Of a stretch of DNA of 64,000 nt, positions 12,704 to 23,800 are shown in pieces; position 1 is the first letter of the stretch; each line of letters begins with the position of its first letter. The stretch covers positions 91,080,001-91,144,000 of the forward strand of contig CM052816.1 in NCBI GenBank assembly GCA_028534125.1, written 5' to 3'. The notes below the pieces were generated by a model. The model was not told the DNA's origin. It made no database searches and worked only from the letters and a program-made list of their open reading frames with translations. Source of the stretch: Lama glama (Eukaryota). Both the position numbers and the translations under genes were made by a program.

Positions 12704-15092
12704 TAGAGAGGAGGGGAAGAGGCCCGTGACAGGGCGGTACCGCGTGGTCCGTGCTGCTTGGTTGCTGTGTAGAACTTGCAAGGAGAGTCTAGGCTGTCTC
12801 TAGGGGGCAGGATGATGTCTGGGGGAGAGGCGGACCCAGGCAGGTGACTGGCTTTGCTTATCATCCATAAATCTCTCCTGGAAAATTAAAGATAGTGTGA
12901 GATAACTCAGCAAGTGCTGGAATGCCTGCTGGGGAGGCTGGATTCTAGGCAGCCTCAGCGCCTCCAGCAGCAAGAGCATTGCTTCTAAAGGAGGAACCCC
13001 AGAATGTCCCTTCACATGTCATTTTAGTCATCATGTTTCCTTTTAAATTTTTTTTAGAGAGGAAGGAGTATGCAGGAAGGGGGGGAATGAGGGAAACAAC
13101 ATTATTTAGAGCTATTTCATAAAAGGAGGAAAAAGTCCATGGTGGTGTACCCGTCCTGGGGGAGATTGCATCACTCCTGTGCTGTGTTCATTTTTCTGAA
13201 GGCTATTCTTACTTGTGCCTGTTTTTAATACCTGAACAACTGGGAGAGAGAACTTATAATCCTGCAGTCATTTGGCTTGTGTTCTTGGAGAGTATTTTTA
13301 AACTATAACTTTCAGAGCCTTCTAATGTCATTTAAAGCACAAGGAGTGCTTTCAGTATTTTCTCTTAAAGTCCCACTTTTAGCTTTTGAATAGTATTTTT
13401 ACTTCCACTGAAAACACATTTTAAAGGATCTTTTCCTTGATGTTTGTGGGTTTTTTTTTTTGATCAGTTTTTGCCTTTATTAAAACGAGTGATATTTTCA
13501 GTCATGACTCAGGAGTCATCTGCGCTGGAAAGAAAACGAACTGAACTCCAAAGCTTATCAAGCTAAATATTCCCAAGTCAGAAATGGATGTTTATTTTGA
13601 ATAAATTGTGCGTTTTCCTGGGGCTAAGTTGGCATGAAATCATCTTCCTTTAAAGGGCTTTTAATGGATGCACCATGCTTGGAATATGTAATGAAAACTC
13701 AGTAATTGAGAGGATCTTTAAATGAAGAAGAAGTTTGTATTTTTAAATTGAGAAATGGATCTGAAATTGATTTGGGGTCAAAACAGGACCATCCAATCTA
13801 GGTCCTCAGTAAACTGGAAGAGGAAAGACTGTCCTTCTCCACGATCTTGCCCATGTGTGAGCTGTTCAATGAATACATAGGTGATTGCGTTTCTCCTTCC
13901 CTAATGGAAGGGGAGAAGTGACCCTGGTTCAAGAATTTGTGCTCTTTGTGTAGGGCACCTGCAAAGTTAGAGATGACTTGGAAATGTGTCGTTGTTCCTT
14001 CTTCAAGGCCTGAAAGTCCTCCAGCAGCGAAATAATATAAGGCTTCCAACAGATGAATTTTCTCCTGCTGTTTAGAATATGGGGCTGATAATTTAATCAG
14101 TAGCAGGAAGGTAGTTGGCTAAAATCTTTCCCTCCTGATACTGCTGGCTGATTTCTAGAGTAGAAAAAAGCTTTCCTCTGCTAAGGAAGTGATTCGAGAA
14201 GCAGGAGGGGGACAGTGAGAAGTGGATGAGGCTGGATGTTGCCTGAGCTCATTACCTAGACTGCGTGACCTCTTGGCTTCAGGTTCTCCTCCTGCTTGTC
14301 TCCCTCATTTCGCCCTTTTGGATTTAATAATGAGGGTAAGAAAAGGGAATTATTTGGTTGATCAAATTCCTAAAGAATGCAGAACGACAGAGTTAGGATG
14401 AAGCTACAGGTAATCCAAGCCTCTGAGAACGAGCTTAGTGAAACAGAATCATAGAGGTAATCTGTCCGGCACTCAGATTCCTGGAGAAGGGATTATTTGC
14501 TAGGCCTTTCGGTTAAATAGTTCTAGCGTCTCATGACCCTCTTACATACAAGAAAGAAACACTTTCTTCTTTTTGGACACCCTCTCCTGCCTGTTACTGT
14601 TGAGCTCTGGGACTCCTGAATTGCAGGAGTTATTTCAGGGGATGTGGTGGATACTTCAGTGTGGACCAGAGGAGGCTAAGCCGTTTTCAGTCGCACACTG
14701 CCTTCCATCATTTATATTTTGATGCTTTTGGTAGATAACTTTATAGTCACTTGATTGGGTCTGGTTTTGTGGTGGGGACCGAGGGGAGGAGTTTTCATCT
14801 GGCAGGTCACCTAACATCAAGTCAGTATCACCCCAGAGCTGTTAACTGATCAGCCCTGAAGTCTGACAGATCCTGGCTCCTCCTTCATGTTACAGGAGGA
14901 GAGAATCCAGACAAAATAGAAAAGTGGATCTATATAAAATACTTTTGGTCAAAGAGGCTGTAATACAGTGTTCTCCAGATCCTGTCACATTTTTCTTAAT
15001 CAGCGGTTCCTGTGAAACCAAACAAACAGGATTGATGATGAATGCATATGGTTCCCTAATTTGCCCCACTTTTCTCTTTATTATGTAAGGAT

Positions 15093-15505
15093 TGATCACA
15101 GTCAGGAATTGCTGTGTAACAAACATGCATAAAAAAAAAAATCTCAGTGGCACACAGCCAGCATTTATTTCTCACTCATGTGTCTGTAGGTTGTCTGGGG
15201 TTCATCTGGTTTGGGCTGGACATTGCTCCAAGTTTTGGGTGCATCCAGACCTGTTCATCAGTCTGTTGGCCTCGTTGGACCAGAGATAATCTAAGGCATG
15301 TTGTTTTCATGGACTAAGGCTGGAGAAACACCAATCATTCAGGCACATTCCAGGTTTCTGCCTGTTAATACACAGTTGGCCAAAGGAGGCCCCAAAGCCA
15401 AGAAGGGAGGAATACATCTGGTCACCATGGGCCATGGCAAGGGTGTGGACAACTAACACTACCACAGGGAGTGAAGAATTGGGTCTCATAACTTAATCTG
15501 CCATT
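15093..15505 (-). mobile_element. MaLR solo LTR (MLT1H-like)
   Basis: ATTGCTGTGTAACAAAC...TCTCAGTGGC...GCATTTATTTCTCACTCATG...CATGGCAAGGGTGTGGA...GGGAGTGAAGAATTGGG...AATCTGCCA. Confidence 0.8.
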
Positions 15506-16401
15506 AAATTTTTTAGTAGGTCAGACTACTTTTCATACAATTATATTGATCTTTATTCTATGTCTATGTTCAGAGTATTTTTTGATGTGTGTGCATATTT
15601 TTCAATTATGGGATATAAGCCTAAAAGTCCAGTCTCCCTATTTATTTTTGAAAATGGCTACTTTATCTTTTCCTAACCCTCAATATCTTTTAAGTGCTTC
15701 TTGAATTTTGGGCCATAATTATTAGTTTTATCCAACATAAATTTTAAGGCATTTACTTAACACCTTCCCATTCTCCTGCCTTTCAAAACCAGAACAATTT
15801 TACCCAGCAGAAATTTCAGGATGTGAAATTATTGGGAAGTTCGACATGATGTTGATGCCACATTTGTGTCTTCATGTAATCAGAGCTAAAAGGCTTTGTA
15901 AAACCTGCTGTTACAGAACTGAACATATGGTAGACCTTCATATTTATGGGAGGGGCTCATTGTACACGTTGAACGGGGAACTTGGAAGACCCAGTTAAGT
16001 CGTTTGGCGAAACCATCCATCTCGTTCTGTAGCCAAACGAATGCAGCTGAAACGAGAGTTATTGTTTCAGGATCATAAATTAAGTGCCCATTGTTGGTAA
16101 CACACTCATGGTTATTCAGCAGACGTTAACAGAGAGCCAGCTGTGTGCTGGGCTCTGCAAGAGGGTGGTGGAAAGCAGGTGTGGAATGTATGAGAAACGT
16201 TCCTTCTGCGCGACGGAAACCAGTTCTCCCGTCTCCTGTTTGGGAGTTCTTAGCCCTCTGTGCTTTCCCTCCATAAAATATCTGCCCTCTTCGGCCTGAC
16301 TCTGAAATACTTCACTTGAACTTCTTGTGCTATTTGTAAAGGGATGGAACACTTGACAAATGTCAGCCTTCTGGGTGGTGACTAGAGCAGGGGAGGTGAC
16401 G

Positions 16402-16415
16402 GTTTCCATGGTCAC
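16402..16415. promoter_or_regulatory. RFX X-box-like motif
   Basis: GTTTCCATGGTCAC versus consensus GTTNCCATGGNAAC (one mismatch). Confidence 0.35.
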
Positions 16416-17147
16416 CCTCTAGGGCTGTCACAGAGCTGCTGTTTTGTATCCCTGCTTAAACTCTGGGGCCACCGGCCCCGGTGGGTCCTGCGCTTGAGCC
16501 AGTGGCTCCATTCTTCCAACATTTAGTAAACACCTGCTGTGTGTCAGGCACCTGCTGGGCAGCTAGCACAGCACCACATAGTCTGTCCAGATTTTACTGC
16601 ATTCCCCTTGGTGTTGGAACAAGGGGTGTGGTTCTCAAACATCAGAGAGATAGTTCAGATAAGAGCTGACATTGCCAGGCAGAGCTGAAGCTGTCAGTTC
16701 ACCTTTTCAGTCATTCTGAAGAGATTCTGTTGCCATTTGCTCTACATGAAAAGAGAGAGTCATGGGCACCAGACTGAAAATAGCTGTATTACATCATCAG
16801 GAAAAGGTTTCATTGGTACATTATGCCTTGAGGGGAGGCCGTCCATGGTTATATTTAGATTGATTCTGTTTTGCTCATAGAAACAGTCATTTTAAGACAC
16901 AGTAAGAAAAAAGAAAGGGATGGATCCTTGAAGAAGGCCACCAAATTTATTTTGTACACGTTGGTTAATATGATCTTAATTTTTATGTATAGTGAATCCG
17001 CACCCTATTTTATTCCTATTTTCCAATCACTTGTTATAATATTATCTCAGTTAAACTATAAAAGCATCTTTGAAGTAACGTGTTGCTTCTAACCGCACAC
17101 CTCTTTTCAAATGTTGAATGTTTCTTTATTAAGAATATGAATTTCCA

Positions 17148-17907
17148 ATAGAAATAGCAATTAAAAACCTCCCTACAAATAAAAGTCCAGGACCGGATGG
17201 CTTCACCGGGGAATTCTACCAAACATACAAAGAAGAACTCATACCAGTCCTTCTCAAACTCTTCCAGACGATTGNNNNNNNNNNNNNNNNNNNNNNNNNN
17301 NNNNNNNNNNNNNNNNNNNNNNNNNNNNNNNNNNNNNNNNNNNNNNNNNNNNNNNNNNNNNNNNNNNNNNNNNNNNNNNNNNNNNNNNNNNNNNNNNNNN
17401 NNNNNNNNNNNNNNNNNNNNNNNNNNNNNNNNNNNNNNNNNNNNNNNNNNNNNNNNNNNNNNNNNNNNNNNNNNNNNNNNNNNNNNNNNNNNNNNNNNNN
17501 NNNNNNNNNNNNNNNNNNNNNNNNNNNNNNNNNNNNNNNNNNNNNNNNNNNNNNNNNNNNNNNNNNNNNNNNNNNNNNNNNNNNNNNNNNNNNNNNNNNN
17601 NNNNNNNNNNNNNNNNNNNNNNNNNNNNNNNNNNNNNNNNNNNNNNNNNNNNNNNNNNNNNNNNNNNNNNNNNNNNNNNNNNNNNNNNNNNNNNNNNNNN
17701 NNNNNNNNNNNNNNNNNNNNNNNNNNNNNNNNNNNNNNNNNNNNNNNNNNNNNNNNNNNNNNNNNNNNNNNNNNTGATAACTCACAGAGAAAAAAATGTG
17801 ACAATGAGTGTGTATATGTCCATGAATGACTGAAAAATTGTGCTGAACACTGGAATTTGACACAACATTGTAAAATGATTATAAATCAATAAAAAATGTT
17901 TAAAAAA
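17148..17907 (+). mobile_element. Young 5'-truncated camelid L1 spanning the assembly gap
   Basis: 17148-17274 is an uninterrupted ORF2 segment [42 protein letters not shown]; 17775-17907 is an L1 3'UTR and A tail; perfect TSD AAGAATATGAATTTCCA at 17131-17147 and 17908-17924. Confidence 0.95.
17275..17774. other. Assembly gap (exactly 500 N)
   Basis: Run of N. Confidence 1.
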
Positions 17908-18479
17908 AAGAATATGAATTTCCAGGCTCCTGCAGTGGAAACACAGAGGTACCAAAGGAAATTTCTTTATTTTTTTTTTCCTCTTGGGATTTTAATCATT
18001 GACTTGAATAGCTTTGCTTTTTATGACCTGTGAAGACTAGGCTGGTTTAGATTCTCTCGTTGAGGGATGGGGGTTTTTAGCTCACTGCCTGGACAATGCC
18101 CAGGAATGCCTCTGGTCCAGCATGCTCCCCTGGTCCCCTGGAGTGACAGTGCTGGAAATGACCAGGAGCAGCATCCTGGACAGGGAGAACCATGAGTGTG
18201 GAGGAGCCCAGTTACTGGTCTTTCCCTGGAAGCTTCTGCAGTGACAACAAACAGAAACCCTCCCATCCAGCATTCGTGAAGGAGGGATTACTATTTGGAC
18301 TCAGAGTATCACATGGAAGCTGGAAGAAATGTAAGGAACCAGGAGCTGGAAAATGGCCACGAACAGAAGCAGCAGCAGGAAGGCACCCCAGGAATCAGAG
18401 GGAGCTGATGGGGGTCTTGGAGTACAGTGCGGGGCAGTTGAGGAGGCAGGCAGCTCCTGGGTGATGATGATGGTAACTG

Positions 18480-18715
18480 CTAAGAACTGTCATCTGTTAG
18501 TGCCTAATATTTGCAGGCACTGGGCTAAATGCTTTCACCATTACCTGATTTAGCGTCATGGCAGTTCACAAGGAAGGAAGTGTTAGCTTGGTTTAAAAGA
18601 CAAGGACACCACAGCTTGGTTAACTAACTTGACCAAAGTGATGGAGGGCCAAAGATATCCACCCAAGCCCGCCTCCCCTGCAAAGCCACTGGCTCTAACT
18701 CCACACCTTGCTGCG
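18480..18715 (-). mobile_element. MIR
   Basis: GCAGGCACTGGGCTAAATGCTTT...GGTTAACTAACTTGACCAAAGT...AAAGCC..TGGCTCTAAC. Confidence 0.6.
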
Positions 18716-19270
18716 CCCTATACCAAACAGCTTGTATTTCCTTTCCCAGAACATAGTTTCTTAAACGGTACATAGGCAAATAAAGGTATAGTTAAGAATT
18801 TAAAATGTTTCCATCACATGCCAACAATGAAGAAGCAAACAGAATGTTGGTGTCATCGGTGTGCAAGAATTAGAGATGGTCAGGGCTGGTGAGGGACCTG
18901 AGCTGGAGGGAAGGGAGCCCTGCCCATCGGGCAGTGTGGTGGGCGGGCCTCTCTAAATATTGGAGAGCTATGCTTTTTGTGACGGGAACATATTACTTCG
19001 TGCTTGCTAAAAACTCATTTTCCATAAATTTAAAGCTTGTTTTCATCACGAAAGTGAGACTGCATTTTAGTAAAAATATGTTGATCTATCATATCAACTA
19101 ATTTTTTCTTGGCATAGAATTTCTCGTTGCATGTAAAGTCATTAAATCTTAGGAGATAATATGGCGCCAATGGAAGGCAGACACCTTGGTCATTGAACCA
19201 GTTCGACTCTTGGGCCTCAGTTTCCTTACTGAGTAAACAAAGTAAACAGGCTTCTTTAAAAGCTGTGCTA

Positions 19271-19388
19271 GGGGAAGGGTATAGCTCAGTGACAGAGCAC
19301 ATGCTTAGCATGCACAAGGTCCTGAGTTCAATCCCCAGCACCCCCATTAAATAAATAAATAAATAAATGGATGGATGGATGGATGGAT
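19271..19388 (+). mobile_element. Camelid tRNA-Ala-derived SINE (Vic-1-type) with (TAAA)5(TGGA)5 tail
   Basis: GGGGAAGGGTATAGCTCAGTGACAGAGCACATGCTTAGCATGCACAAGGTCCTGAGTTCAATCCCCAGCACC. Confidence 0.9.
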
Positions 19389-20444
19389 ATGTATTTTTTT
19401 AAAGCTACGATGATCAAGGCAATGTGGTAAAGAAGTCAGTAGACCAAAGTAGAGAGTCCAGCAATAGACTCACATACGTGTGATAACCAGTTTTTGACAA
19501 GCAGTTCAGATGATGCTGGAAGAGTTGAATATCCATATTGCAAAAACCTAGACTTTGATCCATACCTTCTACCACACACAAAAATTAATTTAAAAAGGTA
19601 TTAAAACATAGGCCTAAATATAAACCTAAATCTGTAAAACCTCCAGAAGAAAATATAGGCAAAAATTTTCACAACCCCCAGGGTAAAGAAGGATTTTTTT
19701 GGATCCAGTACAGCAGGCATGACCCATGAAAGGAAACATGACAAGGTGGACTCCATCAGGATGAAAACCTTGGCTCCTTAGCAGGCACTGCTGAGGGAAT
19801 GAAAAGTTAAGGCACAGGTTGGGAGAAAGTTTTGCAAATCATATATCTGACCAAAGATTTGTACCCAGAGTACATGAAGAACTAAAGCTGAATATGTAAA
19901 CAAACAACCCAATAAAAAAAGCCCAAGTGATCTGAACAGATACTTCAACAAAGATAAATACATGAAAAGATGCTCACCATCATTACTCATTAGAACTGCA
20001 AATTAAAAGCACAATGACATGCCACCACCCCTCTCTGAATGGCCAAAACTTAAAAAGCCCGACCATACCCAGTGCTATGAGGATGTGGAGCAGCTGCCAT
20101 TCTCATATTCTGCAGGTGGCAACGAATGTCAGACTGTACAACTGTTTGCTGAAACAGCCGGGCAGGTTCTTCAAAAGATAAACAAATGCCGACCATGTGA
20201 TTCAGCTATTCCACTCCGAGGCATTTACCCAAGAAAAGTGAAATGTATCCACACCAAGTCTTGGACGTGATTGTTCATGGCGGCGTTCTTTGTAATAGCC
20301 AAAAACTGTCCATTGACAGGTGAAGAGATGAGTAAATGGTGTCTCTCCGTACAGTGAATGCTGCTCTATAGTGGAAAGGAATGAATTAATGGAACAACGT
20401 GGATGAATCTCAAAATAATTATACTAAATAAAAGAAGCCAGACT

Positions 20445-20474
20445 GCGCTCACTTTGACAGCGTATAGACTAAAA
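20445..20474 (+). pseudogene. 3'-truncated U6 snRNA retropseudogene (first ~30 nt)
   Basis: GCGCTCACTTTGACAGCGTATAGACTAAAA versus U6 5' end GTGCTCGCTTCGGCAGCACATATACTAAAA (23/30 by eye, two differences at CpG sites); TSD AAAAGAAGCCAG at 20430-20441 and 20474-20485. Confidence 0.75.
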
Positions 20475-20638
20475 AAAGAAGCCAGCCAAAAAAAAAAGGT
20501 ACATGATTTCATTTTTATGAAGATTTTAAAATGCAAAGTAATCTGAAGTTACAGAAATCTGCAGATCAGTCCTTGCCTTGGAACGGATTAGGGGGGAGCA
20601 GGGCAGGGAAGGGCAAGAGGGAGGTGTTAAAAAGGGCA

Positions 20639-20883
20639 TGTGGGAGGAGAAGGGATAAATTTGGAATTTGGGATTAACAGAGACACACTACTATATGTCA
20701 AATATATAAACAACAAGGTCCTACCATATAACACAGGGAACTATATCCAATATCTTATAATAACCTATAATGGGAAAAAAAGTCTGAAAAATATATATAT
20801 TCTGAAATATATATTGGTGGGCATTGGGCTGAATCACTCTGCTGTACATCTGAAACATTGTAAATCAATTATACTTCAGTTAA
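20639..20883 (+). mobile_element. Younger artiodactyl L1 3' end nested in the old L1
   Basis: GGGATAAATTTGGAATTTGGGATTAACAGAGACACACTACTATAT...AACATTGTAAATCAATTATACTTCA; TSD AAAAAGGGCA at 20629-20638 and 20884-20893. Confidence 0.9.
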
Positions 20884-23800
20884 AAAAAGGGCACCATGAA
20901 ACTTTGGAAAGGCAATGGAATTGTTTATTATGTTGATTTTAGTGATGGTTTCGTGGGTGTAAACATGTGTCAAAAGTTATCAAATGGTGCACATTAAATA
21001 TGCACAGTGTACTGTGTGTCCTGGGCAATAAAGCTGTTTAAAGGAAAACAAAGCGGGTACGGCAGTCGATACCAGTACATGAACGAGGACAGAAATGGGA
21101 GTAGGAGCTGTTCTGTTTAGATGCCAGCAGGAATTTTATAAAACTTTTTAAGGCTAATTCCAGATCTAGCTCTGACACCCTTCCATGTGGCTGAGATGTC
21201 CCTTCACTTGTGCTGTGTGGCATGTATTTCTTTTGGTCAAAATGATTAAAGGGTCCTTTGACTTTTGAGAGTAATGTGTTATACATTTAAAAAAGGAAAA
21301 AGACGCTTTATGGAGGCACAGCACAGAGACCGACAGTGTAGACCTGAGTTCTGAGCCGGTTTGCCGGGGCGTGGCTCTTGGCTTTCCTGTTTGCATGTCG
21401 TAAAAGCAACCACCGAAGAGGGCTGGGAGGTTGGAGAACAGGTTGTAATGCTGAGAACCCCCCACCCCCAGGCCTGTCTTCTGTCTTTTCTAAAGCCCTT
21501 TCACCTGCTTCTGTTGTATATCGTTGAGCAAAATAAAAGACACACGTACTTTAGTGCACCTCCTCTCCCCACCCCCAACTGAAAAGCCTCCGGGTAGGAG
21601 TCGGGTGGGGTGCCTTTTCCCCCAGTACCACTACTGGTCTGCAGTGAGCAGGGTGGGCAGGTGTTTTGTAGGTGGGCGTCGGACCTGTTCTGCATCTTGC
21701 TTCTGCTGGTGGCTTCACGGGGGTAATCACCAGTCGGAACTCACCAGATTGTGTGCTTTAAGCACATGCAGTTTATTTTCTGAAAATGTTATCTCAATAA
21801 AGCTGTTATTTTAGAAACTCTATACCTTTCTGCCCTCAGCCCTCAGCCCTCAATGGCCCCTGCACACACACGTACCCTATGTTTAAGTAAAATAATCACT
21901 GCCTCACTGAGTTTTTCTTGAAACAAGAAACCATAGGCATGTAGATTAGCTTTGGTTGTGAAACCTGCGTGCTCGAGCTTTACATTTGCGTTTCTAAGGG
22001 CAAAATCAAGTGTGAAATCGAGGCAGATTGTTTCAGCTGATGAAATATGAAAGAAAGTCACGATCAGCCCGTGTCTCTTCAAACGTGTGAGCTTGGGGAC
22101 AGGGCTGGGAGGAAGGTGGTGTTCGTCCTGGAATCTCTCAAGCACAGTGACGCCACGGAGAATATACGCACTGTTTACTTGTCACTTGGTGGAACTGATG
22201 CCTTTGATCCCTTCAGTTGTTCTGAATCATCCCTGTTACACAACTGCTCTGCTCCTTGAGTCCCCCCAAAAGACACATAGGACGTGTTATCCAACCATGA
22301 AAAGTGTCCTCTTTCTGGCTCAGGAAGGTCATTTCTCATTGGTTCCATGGAGCCTGTGTGAGCTGATGAATGTGAGTGCCCAGCACCCATGTGTGTGGGG
22401 CACAGGCACCCCGGTATCCCTTTCCTTCCATCCCCCTGTTATATAATCATCAGTTAGTTCCAGATTATTCATTAACCAGCCTAAACCTCTCCCAGATTTG
22501 ATTTTCCTACAGCCAGAGTGAATCATTCACCGGTTTGTGAGTTTCCTAACAGGATCAGAATCAAAGGGTTTCAGCTTCTCAGCGTTTCAGATCCTTTTGG
22601 TAATAACTGAATTCGTGGTAGAAGCAAATTCATTCTTTAGCCCTGGCCTGTGTCTGCAGAGATGGGAGCTTCTGCGTGACAGAAATGTTAATTCGGAGTT
22701 CCCGAGTCAAGCCTCATCAGTCCCCTCCAACCCATCCCATCCGTACACTTTGTCCTCTCAAGTTTTATGAGGTATTGACTTCACAAATGACTCTGCTTAA
22801 TAAACAAGCGTAATGAGGCAATTGACTTGTTCTTAAGAAATTTACAAGTGCTTTAAATGTGTCAGTAGGCTAGAGACTGGTGTCCTAGGAAATAAAACTT
22901 ACCTTGCTTGTCATTTTTAGTTGGGAGATCCAGGCTGTTCAATTTGGACCCCTAGTTCCCCATCAAAAAGGGTTCCCGTAGGACCGATTTTCATAAATCT
23001 GCTCACTGAATGTCTGTATTATGAGCAGCTACATCCTTTGTCCTGACCAAACAGCAGTCAGGAATACAAAGAAGATACTCGTAAGTTAAAAAAAAAATGA
23101 TTTGAATGGTCACTTTCCTCAGACAGAATTCTTATCTGTTCATGTAAAAGTGTCACTCACGTTTTCTTCTCAGAGCAAACGTTACTTGGAAAGGTTTTTT
23201 TAAAACATGTCATTCAATTCAGACATATTTGATAAGTGGAGAATCTGGTACCAGGAATGACTTGACATTTAGATGTCTGGTGAATACAGTACTTCTTAAA
23301 TTGTGACGGTGACTCAAAACATGTTCAAGGCAGGTCAAGGAAGCGGTGGGTGAGGTCTGCCTGCGGTGACAGTGAATGGACTCGGCAGGACATGGTACCG
23401 GGACAGGTGGCCCTCCTGAGGGTTGTTGGGAAGGGACCTGGGGGCTTGGGGACAGGCAGTCACCAGGGGCAGTTGTTGTGGGGCCCCGGCAGGCAGGAGA
23501 TGAAGCTGGGTGTGCCGGAGGAGGGGCTGGTCTTGACCTTCCCTGTCTGGCTTGCTGAGTCCTGGCCCTAGATTACGAAATATGTTCTGGAGATTATTTC
23601 CAGCGGGCACACATCCCTTTGGTGACAGCTTATTTCTGGATTCCCGGTGCAAGTGCCTGGACTCTGATGACATTCAGGGGAGTGTTTTACAGCCCATCAC
23701 CTGATTAGTCGCTGAATTCTAAGGACTCTCCCCACTGGCTTTAGGACAGAGCACGTGAGTTCGAGGACAAAATAGCTTGTTTATTTCTTCCAGGTGCCTC

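Larger units (their letters stand above)
19400..21040 (+). mobile_element. Old L1 (L1MD/L1ME1-like) ORF2 3' part plus 3'UTR, hosting two nested insertions
   Basis: Degenerate ORF2 (TTTGATCCATACCTT..ACCACACACAAAAATTAA; TTTGCAAATCATATATCTGA; ATGAAAAGATGCTCACCATCATTA); ends GTGATGGTTTC...CAATAAAGCTGTT. Confidence 0.9.

Noticed and set aside
17034..17863. ORFs of 210-256 aa
   Set aside because: Artefacts of translating through the N gap.
19271..19345. tRNA-Ala-like genes (also near 12300 and 46740)
   Set aside because: Diverged copies with A-rich SINE tails and TSD-like flanks; these are SINEs, not tRNA genes.
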